Of a DNA stretch of 64,000 nucleotides, positions 1 through 11,460 are shown one piece after another. The stretch spans positions 1,600,001 to 1,664,000 of the forward strand of contig CAWGJT010000005.1 in NCBI GenBank assembly GCA_963822965.1, written 5' to 3'. Every line of letters begins with the position of its first letter. The first letter of the stretch is position 1. Both the position numbers and the translations under genes were made by a program. Source of the stretch: an uncultured delta proteobacterium (GTDB lineage: Bacteria > Myxococcota_A > UBA9160 > UBA4427). The notes under the pieces are model-generated. The model did no database searches and was not told the origin of the DNA. It saw only the letters and a list, made by a program, of their open reading frames with translations.

Positions 1-666
1 GAGCAGGCCGCTCGCTTCTACGCGGAGTGCGCCCTCGAGGCGGGGGTCGCGCTGGTCAACTGCATCCCCGTGTTCATCGCGAGCGACCCGGCCTTCGCGG
101 CGCGCTTCGCCGAGCGCGGGCTGCCCATCGTGGGGGACGACATCAAGGCCCAGCTCGGCGCCACCATCACCCACCGGACCCTCACGGACCTGTTCCGCGC
201 CCGGGGCGTGAAGCTCGACCACACCTACCAGCTGAACACGGGCGGCAACACCGACTTCCTGAACATGCTGAACCGGAGCCGGCTGGCGTCGAAGAAGGAG
301 TCGAAGACCGAGGCCGTGCAGTCCGTCGCCGCCGAGCGCCTGCGGGACGAGGACATCCACGTGGGACCGAGCGACTACGTGGCCTGGCAGAACGACAACA
401 AGGTGTGCTTCCTGCGCATGGAGGGGCGGCTCTTCGGCGACGTTCCGATGAACATCGAGCTGCGGCTCTCCGTCGAGGATTCGCCCAACTCGGCCGGCGT
501 CGCCATCGACGCCATCCGCTGCGCGAAGCTGGCTCGGGACCGCGGCCTGGGCGGCGTGCTGCATTCGGCTTCGTCGTGGCTGATGAAGCACCCGCCGCAG
601 CAGCTCACGGACACCCTCGCCGCCGAACGCGTGCGAGCCTTCATCGCGGGAGAGCGGAACGACTGA
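1..666 (+). CDS. ino1: myo-inositol-1-phosphate synthase (5'-truncated by window edge)
   Basis: Frame is open from base 1 ([28 protein letters not shown]); motifs [32 protein letters not shown] and EDSPNSAG are typical of Ino1. Confidence 0.93.
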   Translation, partial: EQAARFYAECALEAGVALVNCIPVFIASDPAFAARFAERGLPIVGDDIKAQLGATITHRTLTDLFRARGVKLDHTYQLNTGGNTDFLNMLNRSRLASKKESKTEAVQSVAAERLRDEDIHVGPSDYVAWQNDNKVCFLRMEGRLFGDVPMNIELRLSVEDSPNSAGVAIDAIRCAKLARDRGLGGVLHSASSWLMKHPPQQLTDTLAAERVRAFIAGERND

Positions 667-739
667 AGTCGCGGGAGAACGGGGCGGCCGAAGTCGCGGG
701 AGAACGGGGCGGCCGAAGTCGCGGGAGAACGGGACGGCC
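665..739. repeat. 25-bp tandem repeat, 3 copies
   Basis: GAAGTCGCGGGAGAACGGG(G/A)CGGCC at 665-689, 690-714 and 715-739, between the convergent ino1 and acyl-CoA dehydrogenase stops. Confidence 0.95.
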
Positions 740-746
740 GAAGCGC

Positions 747-1901
747 TCAGCGTCCCTCGGCGAGCACCGCCTTCGCAATGGTGTTGAGCTGCATGAAGGT
801 GGTGCCCTCGTAGATCTGCGCCACCTTCGCGTCGCGCAGGTACTTCTCGGCCATGCACTCCTTGGTGACGCCGATCCCGCCGTAGACGTCCACGCAGCGG
901 CTCGCCACGGACTCGGCTGCGCGGCTCGCCACCAGCTTCGTCATCGCGCCTTCCCGCGCGAACGGGAGGCCCGCCTCACGACGCCGGGCGGCGTCGTAGA
1001 CGTGCAGCCGCACGCTGGAGACGTCCGTCGCGCACTCCGCCAGCAGGTGCTGGATGGCCTGGAACTCGGCGATCTTCTGCCCGAAGGCCTCGCGCTCCTT
1101 CGCGTAGGCGACGGCGCCCTCGAGGGCGCCCGTGGCCAGCCCGAGCATCTGCGCCCCGATGCCGATGCGACCCTCGTTGAGCGTCTCGATGGCCAGCTTG
1201 TAGCCCTGGCCGACCGCGCCCAGCACGTTGGACTCGGGCACCACGACACCGTCTAGCACCACCTCGCAGGTGCTCGACGCTCGCACCCCGAGCTTGTCCT
1301 CCTTGCGGCCGATGGTGAGGCCGGGCATGTCGCGCTCGACCACGAAGGCCGTGATGCCGCGGTAGCCCTTCTCCCGATCGGCGTTCGCGAACACCACGTA
1401 GAGACCGGCCTCGAAGGCGTTCGAGATCCAGAGCTTTCGACCCGAGAGCCGGTAGCCGTCCGCGCAACGCTCGGCCACCGTCTGCAGCGCGAAGGCGTCG
1501 CTGCCGGAACCCGCCTCGGAGAGCGCGTAGGAGCCGATCGTGTCCTTGGCGAGCCGCGGCAGGAATCGCTTCTTCTGGTCCTCGTTTCCCCAGCGCAGGA
1601 ACTGGTTCACCACGAGGGTGTTCTGCACGTCCACCGGGATGGCCGCCGCGGGGTCCACCCGCGAGAGCTCCTCGATGGCGAGGATCGACATGAAGAAGGT
1701 CGCGCCGGCGCCGCCGTACTCCTCGGGGATCTCGATGCCCATCAAGCCCAGCTCGAACATCTCGTCGAGCAGGTCGCGGGGCTGCGCGGCGGCGCGCTCC
1801 ATCTCCTCGACACGGGGCCGGATGCGGTCCTCGGCGAACTCCCGGACGGTCGACCGGAAGATCTCCTCTTCCTCGCTGAGCTGGGTGACGGGCTGGCCCA
1901 T
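747..1901 (-). CDS. acyl-CoA dehydrogenase (short/branched-chain type)
   Basis: YALSEAGSGSDA, LSGRKLWISN, KLGVRASST, EGRIGIGAQ, RDAKVAQIYEGT. Confidence 0.93.
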   Translation of the reverse strand: MGQPVTQLSEEEEIFRSTVREFAEDRIRPRVEEMERAAAQPRDLLDEMFELGLMGIEIPEEYGGAGATFFMSILAIEELSRVDPAAAIPVDVQNTLVVNQFLRWGNEDQKKRFLPRLAKDTIGSYALSEAGSGSDAFALQTVAERCADGYRLSGRKLWISNAFEAGLYVVFANADREKGYRGITAFVVERDMPGLTIGRKEDKLGVRASSTCEVVLDGVVVPESNVLGAVGQGYKLAIETLNEGRIGIGAQMLGLATGALEGAVAYAKEREAFGQKIAEFQAIQHLLAECATDVSSVRLHVYDAARRREAGLPFAREGAMTKLVASRAAESVASRCVDVYGGIGVTKECMAEKYLRDAKVAQIYEGTTFMQLNTIAKAVLAEGR

Positions 1902-1967
1902 GGAGGGCGACTATCGCATGATTCGGGCGGCCGATCGAGACCCGAGCGGCGAAGGCGGAGGCCCCCC

Positions 1968-2816
1968 ATGACGTCGCTGCACGTGGAACCCCTGTCCGGA
2001 AACCTGGGCGCCGAAATCCGCGGCGTCGACCTGTCCCGCCACCTGGACGACGCGCTCTTCGGGGCGATCCACCGTGCCTTCCTCGACCACGCGGTGATCG
2101 TGTTCCGCGACCAGCAGCTCACCCACGAGACGCAGATCGAGTTCGCCCGCCGCTTCGGCTCGCTGGACGTCCATCCGATCGCCATCGGGATGACCGAGCA
2201 CCCCGAGATCATCCGGGTGTGGAAGCCGGCCGGGGAGCGGGCCTCCTTCGGCACGAGCTGGCACTCGGACAACACCTTCTTCCCCGAGCCCAGCAAGGCG
2301 ACGGTGCTCTACGGCGTGACCATCCCGCCCTACGGGGGGGACACCCTCTGGGCCTCGATGGAGCGCGCCTACGACGTGCTGTCGCCGGGCATGAAGAAGA
2401 TGCTCGAGGGTCTCGTGGCCGTGCACAGCGCCTCGCGCGCCTACGACCCCGCGGTGACCGGCGAGGCCAAGTACCGGGGCGAGGCGGCCATCAACTACCA
2501 CTACTCCGAGGTGATCGGCGAGGAGGTCGACCACCCGGTCGTCCGCACGCACCCCGAGACCGGACGCAAGTCGATCTTCGTGAACGCCATGTTCACCCAG
2601 CGAATCGTCGGGCTCTCCCGCGGCGAGAGCGACGCGATCCTCTCGTTCCTCTACACCCATGCCACCCAGCCCGAGTTCACCTGCCGGCTGCGTTGGCAGC
2701 CGGGAACCCTCGTGATGTGGGACAACCGGTGCACCCAGCACTACGCGCTCGACGACTACGAGGGCTTCGACCGGCTCCTGTTCCGCGTCACCGTCTGCGG
2801 CGACCGTCCCGTTTAG
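1968..2816 (+). CDS. TauD/TfdA family Fe(II)/2-oxoglutarate dioxygenase
   Basis: GAEIRGVDL, WHSD (HxD), GGDTLW, HPVVRTHPETG, WDNRCTQH; GGAGG RBS upstream. Confidence 0.92.
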   Translation: MTSLHVEPLSGNLGAEIRGVDLSRHLDDALFGAIHRAFLDHAVIVFRDQQLTHETQIEFARRFGSLDVHPIAIGMTEHPEIIRVWKPAGERASFGTSWHSDNTFFPEPSKATVLYGVTIPPYGGDTLWASMERAYDVLSPGMKKMLEGLVAVHSASRAYDPAVTGEAKYRGEAAINYHYSEVIGEEVDHPVVRTHPETGRKSIFVNAMFTQRIVGLSRGESDAILSFLYTHATQPEFTCRLRWQPGTLVMWDNRCTQHYALDDYEGFDRLLFRVTVCGDRPV

Positions 2817-2832
2817 GGCCCTGGGCTTCGGC

Positions 2833-3690
2833 ATGGCAGCCCTTCGCATCCTCGTCGTCGACGCCTACCCGCGCGAGGGGCGGGCGCGGCTCGCGGACGC
2901 CGGCGGGACCGAAGCGGGCGAGCTCTACCGCCGGATCCTCGAACGCGGGGGCAGCGACCTGCGGGTGGAGGTCGTGCACCCGGCAGACGACGAGCGCCCG
3001 GAGGCCCGAGAGCTCGCGGACTACGACGGCGCCTTGTGGACCGGATCCAACCTCTCGGTCCTCGACGCGGACGACCCCCGCGTAGCGCGCCAGATCGATC
3101 TCGCGCGGGAGCTGCTGGCGGCCGGGGTTCCGGGCTTCGGCTCCTGCTTCGCCATCCAGCTCGCCGCCGTGGCGCTCGGCGGACGCTGCGCGGCCAGCCC
3201 GCGCGGCCGGGAGTTCGGCATCTCCCGGCGCATCCGGCTCTCCCCGGACGGGCGCAGCCATCCGCTCTACCGCGACAAGCCCGCGGTCTTCGACGCGTTC
3301 ACGAGCCACGCCGACGAGGTCGTGGCGCTGCCGCCGGGCACCCGGCTGCTGGCCTCGAACGACTGGTCGAACGTGCAGGCGGCGAGCCTCGCCCGGCCGG
3401 CTCCCGACGCCCCCGCTGCCCCCTTCTGGGCCGTGCAATACCATCCGGAGTACGACCTGCACGAGGTGGCGAGCCTGTGCCGCCTGCGGCGCCGGGAGCT
3501 GGTGCAGCAGGGTACCTTCCCGAGCGAGGAGGCCGCCGACGCCTGGGTGGCCGACCTCGAGGCCCTCCACGCCGACCCGGGCCGCAGCGACATCGCCCAG
3601 CATCTGGAGGTGGGCGAGAGTCTGGTCGACGAAGCGGTTCGCACCCGGGAGGTGCGCAACTGGCTCGCGTCGATCAGGGGCCGAGCCTGA
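2833..3690 (+). CDS. class I glutamine amidotransferase-like protein
   Basis: Nucleophile elbow GSCFAIQ, SHADEV, and QYHPE giving a Cys-His-Glu triad. Confidence 0.85.
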   Translation: MAALRILVVDAYPREGRARLADAGGTEAGELYRRILERGGSDLRVEVVHPADDERPEARELADYDGALWTGSNLSVLDADDPRVARQIDLARELLAAGVPGFGSCFAIQLAAVALGGRCAASPRGREFGISRRIRLSPDGRSHPLYRDKPAVFDAFTSHADEVVALPPGTRLLASNDWSNVQAASLARPAPDAPAAPFWAVQYHPEYDLHEVASLCRLRRRELVQQGTFPSEEAADAWVADLEALHADPGRSDIAQHLEVGESLVDEAVRTREVRNWLASIRGRA

Positions 3691-3706
3691 AGCCAGGAGG
3701 ACCGCC

Positions 3707-5329
3707 ATGCAGAGCATTCCGCTTCTCGTCCACCGCCTGCTCGACCGGGGTGCCCTGCTGGCGCCCGAAGAGGAGATCGTGAGCCTCACCGCGGACGGGG
3801 TGCATCGGCAGACCCACGCGCAGACGGCGGCCCGCGCCCGAAGGCTCGCGAGCGCCCTCGCGGCCCACGGCATCGCGCCGGGCGATCGCGTCGCGAGCCT
3901 GCTCTGGAACCACCACCAACACCTCGAGATGTACCAGGCCGTGCCCTCGATGGGCGCGGTGCTCCATACCCTGAACCTGCGGCTCTCGCCGCACGATCTC
4001 GAGTACATCGTGAACCACGCAGCCGACCGGGTGATCGTCCTCGACGAAGACCTGCTGCCGCTGATGGAGCCCCTGGCCGCGAAGCTGCCAACGGTCGAGC
4101 GATGGGTGGTCGTCTCCGAATCCGGACGCTTCGAGACCTCGCTCCCGAACGCGATCGACTACGAGGAATTCATCGCCGGACGGCCCGACACCTTCGAATG
4201 GCCGTGGCTGGACGAGAACGCCCCCCTCGGCCTCTGCTACACGAGCGGCACCACGGGCAATCCCAAGGGCGTGATGTACACCCACCGCTCGACGTATCTG
4301 CACACCATCGCCCAGGCCATGACCGACGCCATGAACCTCTCGGCGACGGACAGCGTGTGCGGCATCGTGCCGATGTTCCACGCGATGGGCTGGGGGCTGC
4401 CCTTCACGGCCACCATGCTCGGCACGAAGCAGGTGTACCTGAGCCGCTACATGACGCCCGAGCGGCTCCTCGACACCATGGTGAGCGAGGAGATCACGGT
4501 CTCGGCGGGGGTGCCCACCATCTGGCAGGGCGTGCGCGCCTGCTTCGAGGCGGAGCCCGGGCGCTGGGACCTGTCTCGGCTCAGCCGGCTCACCTGCGGC
4601 GGCTCGGCTCCGCCGGTGGAGATGATGCGCTGGTACTGGGACACCCTGGGCGTCGAGATGATCCAGGGCTGGGGGATGACCGAGACGAACCCCCTCGGCA
4701 CGCTCTCGCGCCGGGTCGCCAAGCGCTCGCAACGCGACCTCCCCCTGGACGAGCAGTTCGCGAACGTCGCCAAGGCGGGCCTGCCGATTCCGGGGCTCGA
4801 GCTCGAGATCGTGGACGACGCGTTCCGACCGCTTCCCCACGACGGAGAGGCCATGGGTGAGCTGATCATCCGCGGACCCTGGATCTGCGAGGAGTACTAC
4901 CACGACCCGCAGCCCGAGAAGTTCCACGACGGCTGGCTCGTGACCGGCGACATCGCGAAGATCGATCCCGAGCAGTACCTCATCATCGCGGACCGCTCGA
5001 AGGACCTGATCAAGTCCGGCGGCGAGTGGATCTCGTCCGTGGACCTCGAGAACCACATCACCGCGCTCCGGGGCGTGGCCCAGGCGGCGGTCGTCGCCCA
5101 GCCCCACCCCAAGTGGGACGAGCGGCCGGTGGCGCTGGTGGTGCGCGCGCCCGGTGCGCAGGTGACGGCCGAAGACGTGCTGGCCCACTGCGCCAAGGTC
5201 TTCGCGAAGTGGCAGCTGCCCGACGACGTGCTCTTCGTCGAAGCGCTGCCCCTCACGTCGACGGGCAAGCTCGACAAGAAGACGATCCGCGCGGACCTCG
5301 ATGCCCGCGGCTACGCGCTGCCGGGCTGA
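3707..5329 (+). CDS. fatty acid--CoA ligase (AlkK/DmdB-like ANL adenylating enzyme)
   Basis: YTSGTTGNPKG, QGWGMTE, TGD, DRSKDLIKSGGEWISS, GKLDKK. Confidence 0.92.
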   Translation: MQSIPLLVHRLLDRGALLAPEEEIVSLTADGVHRQTHAQTAARARRLASALAAHGIAPGDRVASLLWNHHQHLEMYQAVPSMGAVLHTLNLRLSPHDLEYIVNHAADRVIVLDEDLLPLMEPLAAKLPTVERWVVVSESGRFETSLPNAIDYEEFIAGRPDTFEWPWLDENAPLGLCYTSGTTGNPKGVMYTHRSTYLHTIAQAMTDAMNLSATDSVCGIVPMFHAMGWGLPFTATMLGTKQVYLSRYMTPERLLDTMVSEEITVSAGVPTIWQGVRACFEAEPGRWDLSRLSRLTCGGSAPPVEMMRWYWDTLGVEMIQGWGMTETNPLGTLSRRVAKRSQRDLPLDEQFANVAKAGLPIPGLELEIVDDAFRPLPHDGEAMGELIIRGPWICEEYYHDPQPEKFHDGWLVTGDIAKIDPEQYLIIADRSKDLIKSGGEWISSVDLENHITALRGVAQAAVVAQPHPKWDERPVALVVRAPGAQVTAEDVLAHCAKVFAKWQLPDDVLFVEALPLTSTGKLDKKTIRADLDARGYALPG

Positions 5330-5334
5330 CCGGA

Positions 5335-6156
5335 TTGCCGCTCTGCAGCCTGGACGATCTGCTGGCGTGTCTCGACCTGCGCGAGACCGGGCCCGGTCGC
5401 TTCACCGCCCCGAACCTCGAGCTGCCCTACTACCGCATCTTCGGCGGCCAGCTCCTCGCCCAGGCCGTCGCCATCGCGGCGAAGAGCGCGCCGGGCAAGC
5501 AGGTCAAGTCCATCCACGTGACGTTCCCGCGGCCGGGCGACCTGCGGGAGCCCGTGGACTACGCGCTGGAGGCGGTGCAGGACGGACGCACCTTCGCCAC
5601 CCGCAGCCTCCTGGGCAGCCAGGCGGGAAGGCCCATCGTCGCGGCCCTCGTGTCGCTGCACGCGCCCGAGCCCGAGCGCACGGAGACGCTCGACCACCAG
5701 CGGGAGGCGCCGCGCGTCGGTCCGCCGGCCGACGCCCCCGCCCGGGAGCTCAGCATGATTCCCTGGGAGACCCGCATCGTGGGCGGCGTCGATCTCGCCG
5801 ACGAGACGACCGGACCGCCGCGCCTCGAGCTGTGGCAGCGCGCGCGGGAGCTTCCGGACGATCCCGCCGTCCACCAGGGCCTGCTCGCCCACAGCACCGA
5901 CCTCACCCTGATCGGCACCGCCCTTCGCCCCCACCCGGGCGTGAGCGAGGCTCACTCGCCGGAGCGCCTCCAGACGGCGGTCACGAGCCACACCGTGTGG
6001 TTCCACCGGCCGTTCCGGATGGACGAGTGGATCCTGCTCTCCCAGGAGAGCCCGGTCCTCGCGGGCGGCCGCGGCTTCGGGACGGGCCACGCCTTCAACG
6101 AGGCCGGCGCGCTGGTCGCCTCCTTCGCCCAGGAGTCCCTGGTCCGCCCGGCCTGA
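5335..6156 (+). CDS. acyl-CoA thioesterase II (TesB family)
   Basis: RIFGGQLLAQA, DGRTFATR, HTVWFHRP, LVASFAQE; TTG start at 5335 is inferred. Confidence 0.85.
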   Translation: MPLCSLDDLLACLDLRETGPGRFTAPNLELPYYRIFGGQLLAQAVAIAAKSAPGKQVKSIHVTFPRPGDLREPVDYALEAVQDGRTFATRSLLGSQAGRPIVAALVSLHAPEPERTETLDHQREAPRVGPPADAPARELSMIPWETRIVGGVDLADETTGPPRLELWQRARELPDDPAVHQGLLAHSTDLTLIGTALRPHPGVSEAHSPERLQTAVTSHTVWFHRPFRMDEWILLSQESPVLAGGRGFGTGHAFNEAGALVASFAQESLVRPA

Positions 6157-6158
6157 CC

Positions 6159-6550
6159 TCAGGTGCGCGCGTCGGCGTCCGGCCGGGTGTACCACCAGGC
6201 CCAGGCGAGAAAGAGGGCCTGGAAGGGGAGCCGCACGTAGGCGAGCGCGCCGGGGCCGCTTCCCGGCCCGTCGCGGCCCACGTTCTCGAACGCCGCGTAG
6301 AGGTTCGCGGGGAAGACCGCGATCAGCAGGGCGATGATCCCCCAGGCGGCGAGCACCCGGGTGCGGGGCTCCAGCAGGAAGACGCCGAGGACGATCTCCG
6401 CCAGCCCCGAGATCACGTTGAGCCACTCCGGGTCCGGCAGGGCCGGCGGCATGATGCGGACGTAGAAGTCCGGGTTCATCCGATGGTTGAAGCCGCCGCC
6501 ACATAGAAGGCCGCCATGATCCAGAGCAGCCAGGTCTTGCCACGACTCAC
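6159..6550 (-). CDS. small DoxX-like membrane protein (one frameshift near 6490)
   Basis: MSRGKTWLLWIMAAFYVAA joins, after a frame change, MNPDFYVRIMPP...SGLAEI...AVFPAN...RLPFQ; GTG start overlaps the RND stop. Confidence 0.75.
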
Positions 6551-9500
6551 GGGGTCACCTCCGTGCGGGCTCCCGCGCGCGCATGCCGGCGGCGGCGGAG
6601 GTGCGCCTTCACCCACTCCGCCCCGTCGTCGAGCACCACGTAGAGCGCGGGCACCACCAGCAGGGTGAGGAGCGTGGACGAGAACATGCCGGCCGCGGTG
6701 GCCACCGCCATGGGCTGGCGCGACTCGGATCCGGGTCCCACGCCGAGGGCCGCGGGCAGCACGCCGAAGATCATCGAGAAGGCCGTCATCAGCACGGGTC
6801 GCATGCGCACCGGAGCCGCGCGACGCATGGCCTCCACCTTGTCGAGCCCCTCGTCGCGCAGCTGGTTCGCGAAGTCCACCAGCAGGATCGAGTTCTTCGT
6901 CACCAGGCCGAACAGCAGGATGATGCCGATCATGCTGAAGAGGTTGAGCGTCATGCCCGCCGCCCACAGGGCGCCGAGGGCGCCGATCATCGAGAGGGGC
7001 AGCGCCAGCATCACGGTGAGCGGATGGATCAGGCTCTCGAACTGTGCGGCCAGCACCATGTAGATCACCAGGATGGCGAGCCCGAGGGCCAGGGCGAACT
7101 GCCGCACGCTCTCCAGGAAGGCCTCGGCACTGCCGGAGAACGTGATGTTCGTGCCCTCGGGCAGCAGCGTCTGACCGAGCTCGCGCACCACCTCGATGGC
7201 GTCGGCGACGGGAACGTCCTCGAGGTTCGTGGAGACCGTGACGCTGCGCATGCGGTTCAGCCGGGTGATCTTCGACGGGGCCGCGCCCGTCTCGATGTCC
7301 ACCAGGTTGCGCAGCTCGACCACGTCCCCGTCCTTCGTCCGCACGTAGAGGCGGCCGATGGACTCGGGGTCGTTGCGCTCGCTCCTGCTCGAGGCGCACG
7401 CGCACGTCGTAGCGGTGGCCGGCGTCCTTGAACTTCGCGATGTCCAGGCCGCCGATCGAGGCCTGCACCACCGTCGCGATCTGAGCGGCATCCACCCCCA
7501 TGGCGGCGGCCTTCTCGCGATCGGGCACCACGCGCACCTCGGGCAGGCCGAGCTGCAGGCTCTCGTTGAAGTCCACGAAGCCCTTGCGCTGCTCGAGCTC
7601 GCGCACGAAGTCGTCCGCCAGCGCGGAGAGCTCGTCCAGCTCGAGGTTGCCGCGGATGGCGAACTCGAACTCGCCGCCGCCGCCCCCGCTGAACTGCGAG
7701 GGATCGAAGACCCGCGACTTCAGGCCGGGGATCCTTCCGAGGGCGTCCCGGGCCGCCACCATCAGCTCCTGGGCGGTGCGATCCCGTTCGGCGGCGGGCT
7801 TCAGCACCGAGACGAAGACGGCGTTGTTGACGGCGCCCGGCCCTTCCGGTCCCGAGACGCCGACGCCGGCGAAGAGGCCGTTCACCTCGGGCTGCGCGAG
7901 CATCCACTTCTCCGCCTGGGTCAGCCGCTCGAGCGTGCCCTGCAGGGTGGTGCCCGGCGGCGTCTCCATCAGGGCGAAGATGCGACCCTCGTCGGACGGC
8001 GGGAAGAACTCGAACCCGAGCCGCGAGCCGAAGCCGATCCCGATCGCGAACGAGAGCACCGCGATACCGAGCACGATGGTGCGATGCGCGAGCGCCCAGC
8101 CGAGAACGCCCTCGTAGCTGCGCTCGAGCCACAGGAAGCCCTGCTCGAGCCGGTGATAGATGCTGCCGTGGGCGCGCGCCTCGGGCGGCGGCATGCGCGC
8201 CGCGAGCATCGGCGTGAGGGTGAGCGCGACGAACAGCGAGAACATCACCGCCGCGGCCACCGTGACGCCGAACTCGCCGAGGAACGAGCCGACGAGGCCC
8301 TCCACGAAGATCACCGGAAGGAAGACCACCGCGATGGAGAGGGTGGCCGCGGTGGCCGCGAAGGCGATCTGGCGCGTGCCCTTCGAGGCGGCCTCGAAGG
8401 GCGCCTCGCCCGCCTCCCGGTGCCGCTCGATGTTCTCGAGCACGACGATGGCGTCGTCGATCACCACGCCCACCGCCAGGGCCAGGGCCAGCAGGGTCAT
8501 GATGTTGAGGGTGGCCCCGAAGATCCACATCACACCGAAGCTCGCGATGATGGAGAGCGGGATGGCGGTGGCCACGATGAGCGTCGGCCGGGTGCGCCGC
8601 AGGAAGACGAAGACCACCAGGGTGGCGAGGAAGGCGCCGAAGACCAGCGCGAACTGGGTCTCCGCCACCGAATCGCGGATGGACTGGGAGAAGTCCATGA
8701 TGCCCTCCCAGTCGGCGATCTCGATGCCGGCCGGCGCGAACTTCTTCAGCTCCTCGACGCGCTCGCGGACGTCCGTCGCGATCGCCACCGTGTTCGCCTG
8801 GGACTGCTTCAGGACGCCGATGCCCGCGCCCTGGCCGCCGTTGAAGCGCGCCAGGAAGCGCTCGGTCCTCGGCGCCGTCCTCCACCCGGGCCACGTCCCG
8901 AAGTCGCACCTCGGCGCCGTCGACGTTCGCGACGATGAGGTCGGCGAGCTCGTCGACGGTCTCGAACTCGGCGTCGGTCTTGAGCGAGTACTCGATCTCG
9001 CGGCTCTCGACCCGACCGCCGGGCCGCTCCACGTGCTCGCGCTGCACGGCTTCGATCACGTCGCCCGCGGAGAGGTTGCGCGCGCGCATGGCGCGCGGCG
9101 TCGAGCCAGATGCGGATGGCGCGGTCCCGCCGCCCGAAGATCTCGGTGGACGCGACGCCGTCGATCGTCTCGATGTAGGGCTTCATCGTGTAGCGGACGT
9201 ACTCGGTCACCTCGACGGCGGGGCGGGTCGAGTTGATCGGGATCCAGACGATCGGGCCGGTTCGCGAGGTTGATCTTGTCGACGACCGGCGGCTCGAGCT
9301 CCTTGGGCAGCTCCCGACGCGCGCGGGCGACCTTGTCGCGCACGTCCTGGGTGGCCTGGTCGAGGTCCCGCTCCAGCTCGAACTCGGCCACGATGGTGGC
9401 CGCGCCGTGGAAGGTGGTGGACGAGAGCTTGCGCAGGCCGCCGATGGTGTTGAGGTGCTCCTCGAGCACCTCGGTGACGTCCTCCTCCATCACCTCGGGC

Positions 9501-9664
9501 GCCGCGCCCTCGAGCTGCGCGGTGACCGTGACGACGGGGAACTCCATGTTGGGCAGCTGGTCGACGCCCAGCTGCCGATAGCCCAGCACCCCGAACACGA
9601 CGAGCGAGAGCGTCAGCATCCAGGTGAGGATCGGACGCTGGATGCAGAGGTCGATGAGGTTCAT
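6547..9664 (-). CDS. RND efflux transporter, AcrB/AcrD/AcrF family (several frameshifts)
   Basis: Pieces across frames: MNLIDLCIQRP..., GVVIDDAIVVLENI, YMVLAAQFES, GLVTKNSILLVDFAN, RMRPVLMT; frame changes near 9250, 9095, 8865 and 7385. Confidence 0.9.
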
Positions 9665-10803
9665 CGGGCGTCCGCGCTGTGAATGGGCTCTTCGGCGAGC
9701 GAGCCGTCGGGGTGGCGCGGGACGATCACGCTGCCGTCGATCAGGTCGGCGTGGCCGCGGCTCACCACCGCGTCGCCGGGGTCCAGGCCCTCCCGGATCT
9801 CGATCCAGCCCTCGCGGATGCTGCCGGTGCGCACGATGCGCCGCTCCACGCGGTTGCCCTCGAGCACCCGGAAGACCACCGAGCCGTCCGCGCGCTGCAG
9901 CACCGCCTCCTCGGGCACCATCAGGACGCCCTCGCGGTGGGCCACGCCGAGCAGGGCGCGCGCGAAGAGCCCGGGACTGAGACGTCGCGTCGGCGTTGGC
10001 GATCAGCGCCTTCACGCGCAGGGTGCGGGTGCGCGGGTCGATGGTCGGCGAGATCATCTCCACCACCGCCTCGAACACCTCGTCGGGATAGGGGGCGACG
10101 GAGACGTCGATCGGATCGCCGTGGTGCACCCGGCTCTTGTCCGCCTCGGGCAGGTGGAACTCCACCTCGATGGGATCGAGGGAGACCAGCTCGAAGAGCT
10201 TCTCGCCCATGACGACGAACTCGCCGCGGTCCGCCCAGCGGCGCGCGATCAGGCCGGCGAAGCGGGCGCGTACCGTCGCGTCGCGCACGGCGCGCTCGGC
10301 GGTGCCGAGCTCGGCCTGGGCGACCTGCAGCCGGGCCCGCGCCGTCTCGAGGGCGGTCTTCGCCTGGTCGAGCTGGCTCTCGGCGGCGATGCGGCTGCCC
10401 GCCAGCGCGGAGACCCGCTTCACCTCGCGCTGCTGCTCCGCCACCGAGGCCGCGGCCTCGGCGACCCGGGCGCGGGCAGCCTCGAGGTCGAGGTTGCGCC
10501 GCTCGGGATCGATCTCCATGACGACGTCCCCGTCGGCGACGGCGTCCCCCTCGTCGGCGAGGATCTCGGTGATCTCCCCGGCGATCTGCGCGCGACACGT
10601 CGGCCTCGTGCTTGGCCAGCAGCTCGCCCGAGGCCTCGATCTGCTCCTCGAAGTCGCGGACTGCCACCGGCGTCACCACGGCCGGACGGGACGGGGTGGA
10701 CTGGGAGTCGCCCTCCTGGCTTCCACAGCCGAGACCGCCCCAGAGTGCGAGACCGACGACTCCCGCCGGCAGCCAGCCGCCGGCGCGCGCGCGGGCGTCT
10801 CAT
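9661..10803 (-). CDS. RND periplasmic adaptor (membrane fusion protein), probable lipoprotein; frameshifted
   Basis: Lipobox-like GGLGC, lipoyl/hairpin segments, ISPTIDPRTRT, VPEEAV...GLDPGDAVV; ATGA overlaps with both neighbours. Confidence 0.85.
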
Positions 10804-11429
10804 CGCGTCCCCCGGCCCCGGCACAGCAGGCCGGCTTCCACGACGTCGAAGGCGAGATCGAGCAGCCCGGGGGCGAGATCCTCCCGGGCGGTGCCGAGGT
10901 GGAGCGAGATGACGCCGTGCACCACCGCCCACAGCAGCTGGAAGGCGGCGTCCAGATCGCCCGTCGAGAGGCTGCCGGCCTCGGCCAGCCGCTCGAGGTC
11001 CTGCCGCACGAGATCGCGGGCGGCCGTCGCCGACGGCACGGCTTCCACGTCGCGCAGCCCCGCCTGGAAGAGCAGCTGGTAGTGGCTCGGGTTCCGGCGT
11101 GCGAAGGCCACGAAGGCCGCGGCCATCTCGCGCAGGTGACGGGCCGGGTCGTCCGAGGGCCGAATCGCCGCCATGGCGTGGTAGCCGCGGCGGAAGCGCT
11201 CCTCGAGCAGGTGGTCGATCAGCCCCTGCTTGTCGCCGAAGTGGTGGTAGATCGTGGGCGCCGAGTAGCCGCAGCGCTCCGACACCTTGCGAATCGAGAC
11301 CCCGTCGACGCCGTCGGCCAGGAGCACGGCCTCGGTGGCCTTCAGGATCTCGGCGGGCGCGGCGGAGCGGCGCCGCCGTCGGGACGCAGGGGAGGTATCC
11401 GCGGGGTTGGAATGGGCAGCGGGGTGCAC
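10800..11429 (-). CDS. TetR/AcrR family transcriptional regulator
   Basis: HTH segment SIRKVSERCGYSAPTIYHHFGDK; WAVVHGV in the C-terminal domain. Confidence 0.9.
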   Translation of the reverse strand: MHPAAHSNPADTSPASRRRRRSAAPAEILKATEAVLLADGVDGVSIRKVSERCGYSAPTIYHHFGDKQGLIDHLLEERFRRGYHAMAAIRPSDDPARHLREMAAAFVAFARRNPSHYQLLFQAGLRDVEAVPSATAARDLVRQDLERLAEAGSLSTGDLDAAFQLLWAVVHGVISLHLGTAREDLAPGLLDLAFDVVEAGLLCRGRGTR

Positions 11430-11460
11430 GGGGGTTCCTGACGGGGCGCGTCCGGAAGGC

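Noticed and set aside
665..739. Possible mini-CRISPR array
   Set aside because: Repeats are head-to-tail with no unique spacers and no cas genes are present.
6547..10803. RND/MFP pair or the ABC operon as the type I secretion system for the giant protein
   Set aside because: These are AcrB-type and FtsX/LolE-type transporters, not HlyB/HlyD-type exporters.
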